64,000 nucleotides of DNA from assembly GCF_011745625.1 (NCBI RefSeq), contig NW_027191468.1, positions 372,001 through 436,000 of the forward strand, written 5' to 3'. Of the stretch, positions 34,952 to 46,100 are shown in pieces. Within the stretch, counting starts at the first letter, position 1. The number at the start of each line of letters is the position of its first letter. Both the position numbers and the translations under genes were made by a program. The notes below the pieces were generated by a model. The model was not told the origin of the DNA. It saw only the letters and a list, made by a program, of their open reading frames with translations, and did no database searches. The stretch comes from Cladosporium halotolerans (Eukaryota).

Positions 34952-36217
34952 TCAGGTTGGATTTGCCGAGTGAGGAGTGGACGCTGCATCAGCGTGGCCC
35001 TCATCGACGTTTTGATGCTCATTGAGAATGCGGTGTCCCCAGGTAATGTTCCACTTCAGACTCGCAGAATCATATACCATGAGCGGGCATTCCGAGAATA
35101 CCTCGGCGTAAATCCTGCTCATGTAGCGTGGTGTCACCTTGTGAGCGTGATCTTTGCGGAAAACGCTCTCCGGTCCCTTTCCACGCATGACCACCAGTTC
35201 AAGAGCAGAAGGTGGCGGTGTAAGATTGGTGCGCCTCTTGATGGGGAGCTCTGGTGTTAAGACCCCGAGAGCAAGGTCACGGAGCCTCCGCCATTCACGG
35301 CCAGGCAGGGGCGGCTGCATTGTCGACAGCAGGTATGCATACCATTTCTTGAGCTTATTGTCCACTCGAGCTTTTGGCATAGGCTTGTGCCAGCTGTTGA
35401 GCTCCGGGATATCAATCCCCAGTCGGCGAGGAGTTTTTCGAGATATTGCGGGCGGCGATGCAGCGATTTGGCTTTCCGCCAGTTCAAGCAGAAGTGGAGG
35501 CAAGTTTCGGACGAAATCTTTGACTTGCGATTTCACGCTTTGAATTCCAGAGCCTTTCGTAACCCCTTGAGGAGCAGCCGAAGTATCTTGTCCGTCCTGT
35601 CCATCCTCTAAGGGGACCGACTGCTCGCTGCCGCCCTTCTCATGTCCGTCATTAGCAGTGTCAGAAACTGCCTCTAGCCGATTACCTTGGCCACCAACAG
35701 AGAGAAAAGAGCCCATTAGCTCTCGTCTCCGTCTACCGACTCTGCCGTATGCCATGGAAAGTGCCTTCAGCATCATCTTCCGGTCTCCCTCATTCGCCTT
35801 CTGCAGCTGATACAAAGCCTGCCGACTTTTCCTGCGAAGTGTTTGCAATCTCTCTTGAAGCTTTGCATCCCTATCATCTTTCGGTGAAAGTCCCCTGTAC
35901 TCGCGGAACCGGGAGAGAGCATGTTTGCGGAACCAGTCTGCGGCGAACCGATCTGGAAAGTATGTGCATTCTCTCAGGATCCCACGCAGTGTGTGGCGAC
36001 TATGCACCCGATGGAACTTGATTGGAGGTAGCTTATCGGGCGACGACGTCTCTGCATCATTTGGTGCCGCGGCTATTTGTCTGTATGCTTGTTCTTTATC
36101 AAGGATCTTCCTACCGGCCGAAAAAGGGACGGCTTGTTGTAGGTGCCTAGGTGGGAGCGCCGGGCGACATGGTGGTGCGAGAACAGCGCGCGACCTTGTC
36201 GGTAATCGCGGAAGCAT
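34952..36217 (-). CDS. Probable mitochondrial LYR-motif-like protein, about 421 aa
   Basis: Arg-rich presequence-like start at ATG 36217 (MLPRLPTRSRA), then LRGILRECTYFPD...LSRFREY and AYGRVGRRRRELM, which I associate with a fungal LYR-like family. Confidence 0.7.
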   Translation of the reverse strand: MLPRLPTRSRAVLAPPCRPALPPRHLQQAVPFSAGRKILDKEQAYRQIAAAPNDAETSSPDKLPPIKFHRVHSRHTLRGILRECTYFPDRFAADWFRKHALSRFREYRGLSPKDDRDAKLQERLQTLRRKSRQALYQLQKANEGDRKMMLKALSMAYGRVGRRRRELMGSFLSVGGQGNRLEAVSDTANDGHEKGGSEQSVPLEDGQDGQDTSAAPQGVTKGSGIQSVKSQVKDFVRNLPPLLLELAESQIAASPPAISRKTPRRLGIDIPELNSWHKPMPKARVDNKLKKWYAYLLSTMQPPLPGREWRRLRDLALGVLTPELPIKRRTNLTPPPSALELVVMRGKGPESVFRKDHAHKVTPRYMSRIYAEVFSECPLMVYDSASLKWNITWGHRILNEHQNVDEGHADAASTPHSANPT

Positions 36218-36561
36218 GAGCGAGCAAGACGACGTAGGCGCGCAGTCGAGGGAGTCCCTGGTATGTGAGGATCCTCCTGCAACACAGCTCGGCGAGGGCG
36301 CGAGACACGCGAGACTAGCGCCGGCAGACCGGCGGCGGCAGCGGCAACGGCGCGCGGGTCGGAGCGCGGGGTGGGCTCGGCCCATAGTGAGCACATCTCA
36401 TCTCGCGCGCGTCTCCCTCGTCCCATCCCAGACGCGTCTCGTCGCGCCGCCCTCGAAGCACCGACCTCTTCCCATGTGCAGCCCATACCGTAGCGTATGA
36501 CACCATCTGCCCGGCCTCCTTGCGTCGCATCCTCCTCCGCCAGTCTGCACCTGGGTGCCGA
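36218..36561. promoter_or_regulatory. Divergent LYR-like/SWI6 promoter and leader with MCB element(s) and two uORFs
   Basis: ACGCGT at 36432-36437, ACGCG at 36307-36311; uORFs at 36474-36500 and 36497-36583. Confidence 0.45.
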
Positions 36562-39418
36562 ATGGCCCACCTCGCGGCCATGACCCCGCAACAGTCCTTC
36601 GTCGCTCCTCAGGCCTCGCCGCAGCACCACCACCACCAGCCGCATGCGACTCCCCACGGTCTGCCGTCCAACTTCTCCCAGAGCTTCAGCATGCCCTACG
36701 ATGGCAGTCCGCATGCGCACCCTCCCGCGCAACCTCAATCGCAACCCGCATACAGCCAGAGCTTCCCTAATGGCCCTATATCGAATCCCGGTTATGCGAG
36801 AAGTTTCGGCGACGGCTACGGGTCCGGTCGCAGCTTTGGTGGGAAGCCTCAGATATATACTGTGGGTCAAACCAAGCCTCCTGGCATACTTGAGACTTGC
36901 GTGCTAATCCTTCTTTGCAGGCCGTCTACTCCGGGGTCCACGTCTATGAGATGGAGATTTCAGGTGTTGCCTGCATGCGCCGGCGCAGCGACGGCTGGCT
37001 TAACGCCACTCAGATCCTCAAAGTTGCTGGCGTAGATAAGGGAAAGCGCACGAAGGTGCTGGAGAAAGAGATTCTCACTGGAGAGCACGAGAAGGTACAG
37101 GGAGGGTACGGCAAGTACCAGGGCACATGGATCAGCTACAAACGGGGGCGAGAATTCTGCCGCCAGTACGGTGTCGAGGAGATGTTGAAACCGTTACTTG
37201 ACTACGATGTCACGGCAGACGGCTCTGGTGGTCAGGGCCAAGATACGCCGACGAAGGAACAAGCCATGGCTGCGAACAGGAAAAGGTTCTACAATCACCT
37301 GGATGCTAGCTCAAATCGCGGACCTTCGACCAATGGAACTTTCTTCTCGAACATCTCGCCGTCCACCTCGGTCGCACTTGCAGCGATGAATAAGGCCGCA
37401 CGACTCAACTCACCTGCTCCTAGATCGGGCAGTATGCAAAGGCCGCCCGCCAGACATCCGTCGCAACAGGATGGATATCCAGGCGGCAGCCAACAGAGCA
37501 TGGCCTCGCAGAATAGCTTCGAGACTGAAAGCAAGTTCGATTCTGGATACAACACGCAGCCCAATGGCTTCCACGAACCGCCTAGAAAGCGGAAACGGAT
37601 GGACAGCCAGGAAGGAATGGGCCCTCCAATGTTGCCACTTGACCATTCGATGCGTTCTGCAACACCAACAGAGCCTAACGAGAGCTTTCTATACGAGACC
37701 ACATTGTCTCAAGAGTTTGCGAATGCATCAAGCGACACTGCGATGCCACCTCTCCCACCGCCGACAACTGATGAACAGACCGAAAAGCTCAATTTGATCT
37801 TGGACCTTTTCGCGGAAGCCGGACGAACGGACTACAGTACACATCCTGCGATCTTGCAACTCTCGGGTGAAGAATTTAACATGCCCCTGGATCATTCGTC
37901 GAATAGTGCGCTTCACTGGGCGGCAACTCTGGCCAAAGTACCTTTATTGAAGCTTCTCTTAAGGAAAGGCGCAAACATCTGGCGTGGCAACGCTGCAGGA
38001 CAGAGTCCACTCATTTCTGCAGTCATCGTCAACAATTGCTGGGAGCATTCTTGCTTTCCCGAGTTACTCGAACTTTTGAGCCCTTTAATTGAGGTGAGAG
38101 ATATTCAAGGGCGAACGGTCCTGCATCATATCGCTGTGTCCTCTGGCATCAAGGGTCGTGCACCCAGCAGCAAGTATTATCTTGAGGCTTTGTTGGAATT
38201 TTTGGTGCGGGTAGGTACGCAGCCAAGCTCATTAACAAATGCTTCAGCCGTCTCAACCGCCGCTGCAGTAGCGAATCTGGCATCGCAAGAAATGAATGGT
38301 GACGACTCAAGCCAGGAGTCTGGTGACGGTCCAACCCTCAATGGCTCGAAAGGTGCTGTGAGCTTGGTACGATTTTTGTCCCACATCGTTAACGCCAAGG
38401 ACAAGGCTGGTAACACTGCTCTGAACCTGGTGGCCCGGATCGGAAATCGGAGTATCATCCAGCAATTGCTCGAGATACATGCGGATCCTGGTTTGGCGAA
38501 TAACAAAGGTGTCAGCGCGAAAGACTTTGGTATTGGTTCTGAATCTGGCGAAGGTCTCCTGGTCAACGGTCTGGCATCACAACAGAGTACCCAGCAAGCG
38601 CCCGCGTCGCAATCGGAAGCGGAGGTTGAGGGCCCACCGGCCTCAAGCCAGACCGAAGACCTTAGCCAGGACGTTGTTTCTTGTAAGTCATTCGCTGCAT
38701 AGAGGGTCTTTGGTCATAGCTAACATGATCCGCAGCAATGACTACCATGCTCACCCAAAATCTTGCCTCTCACAAGGATCTGCTCCGTCAACGGACAGAG
38801 CAAATCGATCGTCTGAATGAGCAAATCCGCGAATTCAGTGCGATGCAGAAGCTTGAGCTCGAGCGTCTGCAAGAAGCACAGGCTCGCGTCAAAGCGAGAG
38901 CCGAGAAGCAGGCCAGACTCGCCAACCTCAGGCGCATCCTCGAGGAAAAGCGAAACGCGCTCTCGCCCGCCGCTCGCGAAGACCTGCAAAATCACCTCAC
39001 ACAACTTGGCGCCGCCGACTCTGTCCTCCTATCCGACGACCTTTCCTCGATCCTCCCTAGCATACCCGCAGATGACTCAACAGTATCGCCCGAACAACGC
39101 TCTCTATTCACCTCCGCACTCCCGCCGCCTTCAGAGTTACGCGCGCGCATACACGCATACAGCACGAACAACCAGCAGCTCAGAGACCACGCCAACGAAC
39201 TCCGCGGCCGCAGCAATGAGCTCGATGACCTTTACCGACGCGTCGTTAGCCTCTGTACAGGTGTTGCAGAGGACAAGGTTGAAGAGGCGCTACCAAATCT
39301 CTTGGCAGCCATTGAGAGCGAGAAGAGTGGTGGTATGGAGGGCGAAGGCGATGTTGGTCGGGTTAGGGACTTTTTAAGGAAAGTCGATGGAGGTCAGGCT
39401 GTACCTCTGGAAGGATAG
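36562..39418 (+). CDS. SWI6: APSES/KilA-N plus ankyrin cell-cycle transcription factor Swi6/Cdc10; exons 36562-36861, 36921-38682, 38736-39418 (914 aa)
   Basis: IYTAVYSGVHVYEM, WLNATQILKVAG, HEKVQGGYGKYQGTW, ankyrin repeats (ALHWAATLA; GNTALNLVARIGNRSII) and C-terminal YRRVVSLCTGV. SWI6 rather than MBP1 is judged from the C-terminus. Confidence 0.88.
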
Positions 39419-39708
39419 ATGTACATACCCCCACGCTGTGAATGTCTGTTTCAGCGTTCCGTAAGATAGCTCTGCTGTAAAAGTCAGCTTGTTGGAATGA
39501 GCATTGAGCTTGTTGGCTTCTTCCACCCAGGCCTGTTCATCTACGGAAGGTCCATATCACTTGCAATGGTGATGTATATTCAGTCGTTTTATCGTACGTA
39601 GTGTCTCATGGATGGCTTGCTCTACATCCAGCGCTCCACGTCTCTAGCCATACGTTTATTCGACTTCCAATGTCCTCTGTGCAATATACACATTCCAACA
39701 CACTTACC

Positions 39709-41547
39709 TCAATGCCCACTACTCGGCTTCTTCGCCAACTTCTCCGCCCTCTCCAGCCACTCCCTCCCCACATCCTCAATACCTCTCCCCAACTCCTCCT
39801 CCACCAGCCTCCTCACCCTCTCCGCCTTCTCCTCCTCAGTTTTCCCCTCTCCCCTCCACTTCCGCCCAATAATACTCTGATTCCTTGTGCTCGGAATCCG
39901 CAACACCTCCCTCTCCGCCTCGCACCCCACCGCGTCCGCAAGCGCCTCCACGTACGCGCACAGCGTGCTGTACGCCGACGCCATCTTCTTGTGCACGAGC
40001 GTGCGCTTCAGCGAGCCCGTCTCGGCCGCTTGCCTTTGCCGTACTGCTGATTCGTCGGGAGAGGCTTCTTCTTGCTGCGGCAGCCGCGCGGCGTGCTCGT
40101 TGCGCCGCGCCTTTTGCGCTTTTGTGGAATCGGGGGCGCGGAAGCGCGAGCCCGCCAGGTCGTGCGAGCAGCAGGGGATGGCGAGGAAGGCGCTGCTGTT
40201 TAGGTAGGCGAGGAGAGGGGTCCAGGCTGTGAGCTCGTCGGCGTGGTTGGAGATTATGAAGGTGCCGGGGGCGAAGAGGCCGGAGTTGTATGAGTCGTTG
40301 TCCGGCGAGGGGTGGTCGTTTGAGGATCGGAGCAGGGAAGGGACGAGGAGCGATTGGTGCAAGTTCTGCTGCACGGCGTCCGGGAAGGTGGACCACGACT
40401 TGCGCTCGCGGGCGTCGAAGCCGTAGCCCGGGTAGCCTTCGCTGATGAGGATGTGGGTTAGGAGGCCGTTGCCACAGCCGATATCGACGAAACCTGGGAA
40501 GGGCGGTTTGTTGGCGCCGTTCGATGTGAGGCTCGGATCATCGAGATTGCTTTCGACGGCGCTTGTTTCTGCACCGCCGACGGTTTCTTCTTCGCGTGCC
40601 GCGGCGGGGACCTCGTACATCGTCCTCCACAGCTCGAGGCAGAACGCGGCGATGCCCAGGTCCTCGAAGACATGCTTGCCAGGATCCGTGACTTCGACCC
40701 AGCCATCGATGAGCTTCCGGCCGTACTTCGTCTTCAGCCGTGCGTACGTATCCTGGTAACGTTTCTGCGGAATCACGCGATCGAGGTGCACGCGCTTTTC
40801 GTACCCGACCAACTGGCCCTGGCCGTGCTTGTGGATGGTCTGGAGAAGCTTCAGTGCCGTGCGGTGGAGCTTTGGTTCAAGGTATGCGGTCGGATCGAAT
40901 GGGTTGTAGGAGACGGAGAGCGAGCCGGCGCCGGGAATGGATTGCTCGGGATCGTTAGGGTTGGCTGGAGGTTGGTCGGGGCTTGGGCGGAAGGTGTGGT
41001 GGAAGGCGAGCTTGTTGACTCGAGGGTGGTAGAAGGGCATCTCATCCGGAGTGTCGATGTGAGGGATATAGACGACCATGTGCTCTTCGAGATCGGTTTC
41101 TGACTTCCTCGAGAGGAGAATGCAGGTTTGGGTCATCGGTCGATCGAGCTGTTGGTTTCGCGGAACCAACAGTCTCACCATTACGCGATTTCGAGTCCAT
41201 CCAGGCAGTTCAAAATCTCTAGGCCTGCTGTTCGCATCTGACGGTTCGGCATGGCCATTTTGCGGTTGGCTGTCACTGTCAAAAAGAATATCCGCGCGGA
41301 AGAGATGTGACGAAGTGACGTTAGGGTTCTTGATGAAGTTCAGCATGATCCGCTCGAATATCGGCGGTCCGTAAGTGCATGATGACTGCAGCACGGTAAG
41401 CCATGATTCGTTCGGTAGTTTTATGTCCGGCGTCGTCTTGCTGCGGTCGACAGCTTCAAACTTGGACGGATCCGTGGAAGCCGGCGGATTGGGCTGGGCT
41501 TGTGTCGATGTGACCGCACGATCAGAATCATTGCACGGAATTGCCAT
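39709..41547 (-). CDS. TRM44: tRNA (uracil-2'-O)-methyltransferase Trm44, 612 aa
   Basis: YEKRVHLD, WVEVTDPGKHVFEDLGIAAF, FVDIGCGNGLL, ISNHADELT, IPCC and LRIPSTRN. Confidence 0.95.
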   Translation of the reverse strand: MAIPCNDSDRAVTSTQAQPNPPASTDPSKFEAVDRSKTTPDIKLPNESWLTVLQSSCTYGPPIFERIMLNFIKNPNVTSSHLFRADILFDSDSQPQNGHAEPSDANSRPRDFELPGWTRNRVMVRLLVPRNQQLDRPMTQTCILLSRKSETDLEEHMVVYIPHIDTPDEMPFYHPRVNKLAFHHTFRPSPDQPPANPNDPEQSIPGAGSLSVSYNPFDPTAYLEPKLHRTALKLLQTIHKHGQGQLVGYEKRVHLDRVIPQKRYQDTYARLKTKYGRKLIDGWVEVTDPGKHVFEDLGIAAFCLELWRTMYEVPAAAREEETVGGAETSAVESNLDDPSLTSNGANKPPFPGFVDIGCGNGLLTHILISEGYPGYGFDARERKSWSTFPDAVQQNLHQSLLVPSLLRSSNDHPSPDNDSYNSGLFAPGTFIISNHADELTAWTPLLAYLNSSAFLAIPCCSHDLAGSRFRAPDSTKAQKARRNEHAARLPQQEEASPDESAVRQRQAAETGSLKRTLVHKKMASAYSTLCAYVEALADAVGCEAEREVLRIPSTRNQSIIGRKWRGEGKTEEEKAERVRRLVEEELGRGIEDVGREWLERAEKLAKKPSSGH

Positions 41548-41988
41548 TGTGATTGTAGCCGCTCCTGCCTATTTAGGCAACAGGGCGTGGAATGTGGCTG
41601 GCTGTCGTGAATCGACGGCGAAGTGACGAAGGTTTGAAGTTTCTTGGCGTGGATTTGAGCGAATGGTCAAGGTGGTCAGCAAACACCTGACCCAACCGGA
41701 TGAATATGAGAGAAATAGTGTATCATATACTCAGCGTACCGGATCTATACTCAAAAATGCTTGTCTCGCCAGCCCAGCCAGAAATTCGCTCTAAGCCCGA
41801 AACCAGTCCACCCTCTTCCACGCTCTCCTTCAAGCACAGAAGACCAGCTTCCGGCCACTCCTCTCCCAGATCCTGTATATCTCTTATGCGCCGCCATCGC
41901 CCTCTCTCCCACCCTCATACCATGCTTTCAATCCTCATCAAACCCTCTCTTCCCTCCCAGGCGCTCCCAGGGTATCTTTCTCCACCCC

Positions 41989-42593
41989 TCACTTCTTCTC
42001 ATAGTAATGCGCCATCTCCAACCCCGCCCTCTTGAACCCACACTTGACGTAGAACCCCTCGTTCGCCTCGCTACAGTCCAGAATCGTCTTGTAGCAGCCC
42101 ACGTGCTCGGCGAGGTAGTCCAGCGCCTGGATGATCCGCAGCCCCAGCTTCTTGCCCTGCTGGTCCTTCGCGACCGCGATGTCTTCGATGTGGCCCACGA
42201 GCCCCAGGTTGTGGATGCTGTTTCGCCCATTAGCATCAGCAACATTATCTCTCCCTCCCTCTAACACGGATGTACTCACAACTTCCTCTCAACCAACAGC
42301 GCCCCCGTCCCCACAATCCGCCCTTCGCCGTCCAGGATGACCAGCACGTGGCTGCCGACCGCGCCCTTGCCGTTCTGGCGCATCTCGTCGAAGCGCGCCT
42401 CGAACGCGTCCGCCGAGACCTCGCCGACGGTCGTCAGGACGCGCAGCACGTCGAGGAAGCCGGCTGCGTGGTCGCCGCGCTGCAGCGGGCGGATCGTGTA
42501 GGCTTCGGGCAGGGCGGCGGCGACGGAGGGGGAGATGAGGGATGGGTCGAAGAGGGGGTCGGTTTGGCTGGGGGAGGGGGTGGTGCCGTTCAT
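41989..42593 (-). CDS. GNA1: Glucosamine-6-phosphate N-acetyltransferase; exons 42593-42280 and 42217-41989 (180 aa)
   Basis: GFLDVLRVLTTVG, VERKF|IH, GHIEDIAV, QQGKKLG, GCYKTILDCS and FYVKCGF. Intron GTGAGT...GCTAAT...CAG. Confidence 0.96.
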
Positions 42594-43198
42594 TGTTGCG
42601 GTAGTTTTGGTGGTGGTGTGTTTGTTTGGTTGGTGGGGGACAGAGGGGAAGTAAACAGGTGTAGTAGCAAGTAGGAAGGGAGACGAGGATCAATGGCTCG
42701 TCTGTTGATTGATTGAAGAAGGTAAGTGTCCTACGGAGGTATGAGAGGCTACGAATTGTGTTCTGGAAATAGACGCGGCCGCGCGCAACAATCGTCCATA
42801 CTGTTGTCTACGACGCAGGTTTGTGCACGATTCACGCACTGCCGCCGGTTCCTGGCAGCTGGGGAAACCTTCAAGGCGGGCTGGAACTGGACCCTGAGCG
42901 GCGGGCAGCCCACCCTAATGCTGCTATATTTGGCTTTGGTGCATCGTCCGGTATCGTATCAATGAACCAAGATCATAAGTTGAATGCGCTGTAGAAGCAG
43001 GTAGAAAGACATTCAGAGGCAGAGGTTTCCCTCCATACAAAGGTGTAACCAGCATGCATCGCTTTTTCCAAATGATAGAACCTATTCTGCGCCAGAGATA
43101 CAGATACACGTCTAAAATCACACAGCTTCACAGATCATCCATCTATCACGCGACAAGGTAGCAGACTAACACACTTTTCCTCTCACCAACATGACCGT

Positions 43199-46100
43199 CT
43201 ACTGCCCACCCTGAGGGCCAAAATAGCTGCCTCCAAACCAACTCTGCCGACTGCCCGGAGTCTGCGCACCTCGCTGTTGCTGCTGTTGCGGCTGCCACAC
43301 CTGCTGCTGCTGCTGCTGCTGCGGATACCCATATCCGTACTGCACGCCCGGACTCTGCGCCGGAAACCCACCATACCCATAGACCGCCTGCTGCTGCTGT
43401 TGCTGTTGCTGCGCATACCACGCACTCTGCTGCTGCATCTGCAACTGTTGCTGCTGCTGCCAATAATCCGCCTCCGCAACCCTCTGCTGATCCTGCCGGG
43501 CCCTGATCGCGCTTTCGACCGCCACACTGCTTCGGTGCCCAGCTTTCATCGCGGCCTTATCGCGCTCGCGGGCGCCGATGGCGCCCACGAGGCCCGCCTC
43601 GTCGTGCTGCGGGGTTTTGCGGCGCGCGTTGGCGCTCAGGTCGAGCAGCGGGGTGCCGGTGGCGCGGGCGACGTGCATTTGCTCGCGGGCGGAGAGGGCG
43701 GCGGAGTGGTTGGCCGCGGAGTTGAGGAGGTTGTTGGTGGGCTGGGCGAGGTAGGCGGTTGCGGAGCGGGAGAGCGGGCGCGGGGGCGGAGGGGTTTGTT
43801 GTTGGGCTTGCTGGGCCCAGTCGCCGGAGGGGGTGCGGGCGCGGGCGAAGGGGGGTGGGGTTTTGGACATGGATTTGCGGAGTTGGGATTGCTGCTGCTG
43901 CTGGGTCCAGTCGCCGGAGGGGTGGCGGGAGAAGGGCGGAGGTGTTTTGGTCATGGATTTGCGGAGCTGGTTGGCGTTGGTGCTGCCGATGGAAGCCGTG
44001 CGGTGGTGGGCGAAAGCCGGCGAGGCGCCTCTGGGCGGCAGGTTCTGGGGCTGGGAGGCCATGGCTGCTCTGTACTGCACCCACTGCTCGGGCGTGAGGC
44101 TTTGGCGCTGCTGACGGCCTGGTGAGCCTCCGCTGGGAGTCCACGCGACGCTGTGAGACCTGCTGTGGTGGCGGGAGAGGACGCTGTCGTTGGGGGTGGC
44201 GCCACCGGATGTGTGCGGCGAGGACACGCTGCCGAAGTAGGAGAGCCTGTTGTTCTCGACAGGGCTGATGCCCAAAGGCGTCAGGCGGCCTGAGCTGCGC
44301 AGTCTGTCCTGAGATCTTGACCTGCTCCTATCGTGCATGACACCGTTCAGCGTCCCGCTTGTTCCGGGACGACTACTGGGTTTGTAGGCGTAGGTGGGAC
44401 CAAAATCGATGGTGGGCATCTCGCGTTGCTGCCCAGCCTGCTGCTCTTGCCACGTATCGAGTCTGCCTAGCTTTGGGTCATCTTGCGGCAGGTCAGGATT
44501 GCCGACCGTCTTCAGCTTTCCAGCTCGCGGTCGCTCGACAGGCCTTCGCTCCTCGTGATGCGAGCTCACGGTGCTGGCATAGTCGGGCTCCGTCGAAGCG
44601 GCACTGTGCATGGTACTGGTGCGTTCATCCTCGAGCATACGGTCCAAAGCATCTTGGTCTACAAAGGCATCTTGCAAGCTATTGAGGCGGAAGGCTTCAT
44701 CGTCATCGTCGTTCGCGGCAGTGGCAACGGGCGGTTCATCATCAGAGGGAGGCTCAAGAGGCTGCGTTGGGGGTGATTGCGGGACGGGTTGCCGGGAGAT
44801 GCTATGGCTCGATTGCATTGGAGGGAGGGTCTGTCGCTGAGACTGCTGCGTTTTGCTGCTGCTGACGGACACCTCGGGGTCGAAGAGAGCAATAATGCCC
44901 GTCAACATTATCTGCCCGCACCACGTCACCAGACCCCACTTTATCCGTCTCACCGCCTGCTTCATCGGGCAAAGCGTGGCCCGAAATAGCATCGGGCTTA
45001 TGTTTCGGCTCGCTCGGTAGCGACTGCATGGGCTTCGTTTCGTGTTCGTGGCTTACCACCCCTTGTAATTCATCAGCACTGACATTTGGTTCGCGAATCG
45101 GTACGGTGGTGAGATTTACCCTGTTGTTGGCTGCGCCATTTGCATAGTCTTCTTCCGGAGCCCGGTCTCCGCGAGTTGCTTCGTGCATCTGGTGCAGCGT
45201 CGCCTCGTCAACATTGGAATGCGCTCGGCGGAGCTCAGGTGCCACAGCCGGGGAATTGGCAGGGCGAGCCCCAGGGTTATGCTGGAACGACGGAGGGCTC
45301 GCGACAGGGAGCACGATCGACGGCGTTTGCTCGGCCGGCGTGTGCACTTCGCCGTAATCCTGCGACAGCGTGGGCACTTCAGCTTCCGACTGGATGCGCT
45401 CCAACCCTGCTGGTGCACCGGGACGTCCATAACCGCCGGCCAAAGCACCACCGTGCCTGGGCGGGGCTGGAGGGATCTCGTCTTCTTCAGCGCGTCCTGA
45501 CTCGTAAGAAAGACGAGACGGCGTTTCTGCCATGTGCTTCCTGTAGCCCTGGATTTCAGATGCGGCGCGCTTGTGCGGGCTGAAGCCGGGCTGCGTTGGA
45601 GGTGCAGAGTCAGTCCTCCTCGGAGGACCGAAGTCAGGCTTCCTGGGAAGTGGAGATAGGTTTCTAGAAGGAGGGGCGGAACTGTCAGATCCATTGTCAA
45701 ACCGAACACCACCGTTTCCGCCCGGGAGAGAAGTGCGCGAAACCGTGTTGCGCCGTTGACTAAGGTGTCGCAGGTTGCCAAGGCCATTCTCCCTGTAAGT
45801 TGCCATCCTCTCAGATGTCAGCTTCTTCATTTCTTTGCGCCATTGTCGCTCGCTCCAAGCATGGCTGCCAGGTGCGTGGATCAGGCCAGAAACGTCCAGG
45901 ATGTCGAGATATCCGTAGCGACGATCTTGCGGTAGCGCGAACATCAATCCGCGTTGATCAAGCGTGTCCGCAATCAGCCTCGTCGGCCTACCGTACAATG
46001 CGAAAGTGTCGTAAACAGGGAAGAGCCACCTCAGCATCATCTCGAAGCCAGAGACAGCCGCATGCACCTCAGGCATGACAAACACGAATCCTTCAGACGT

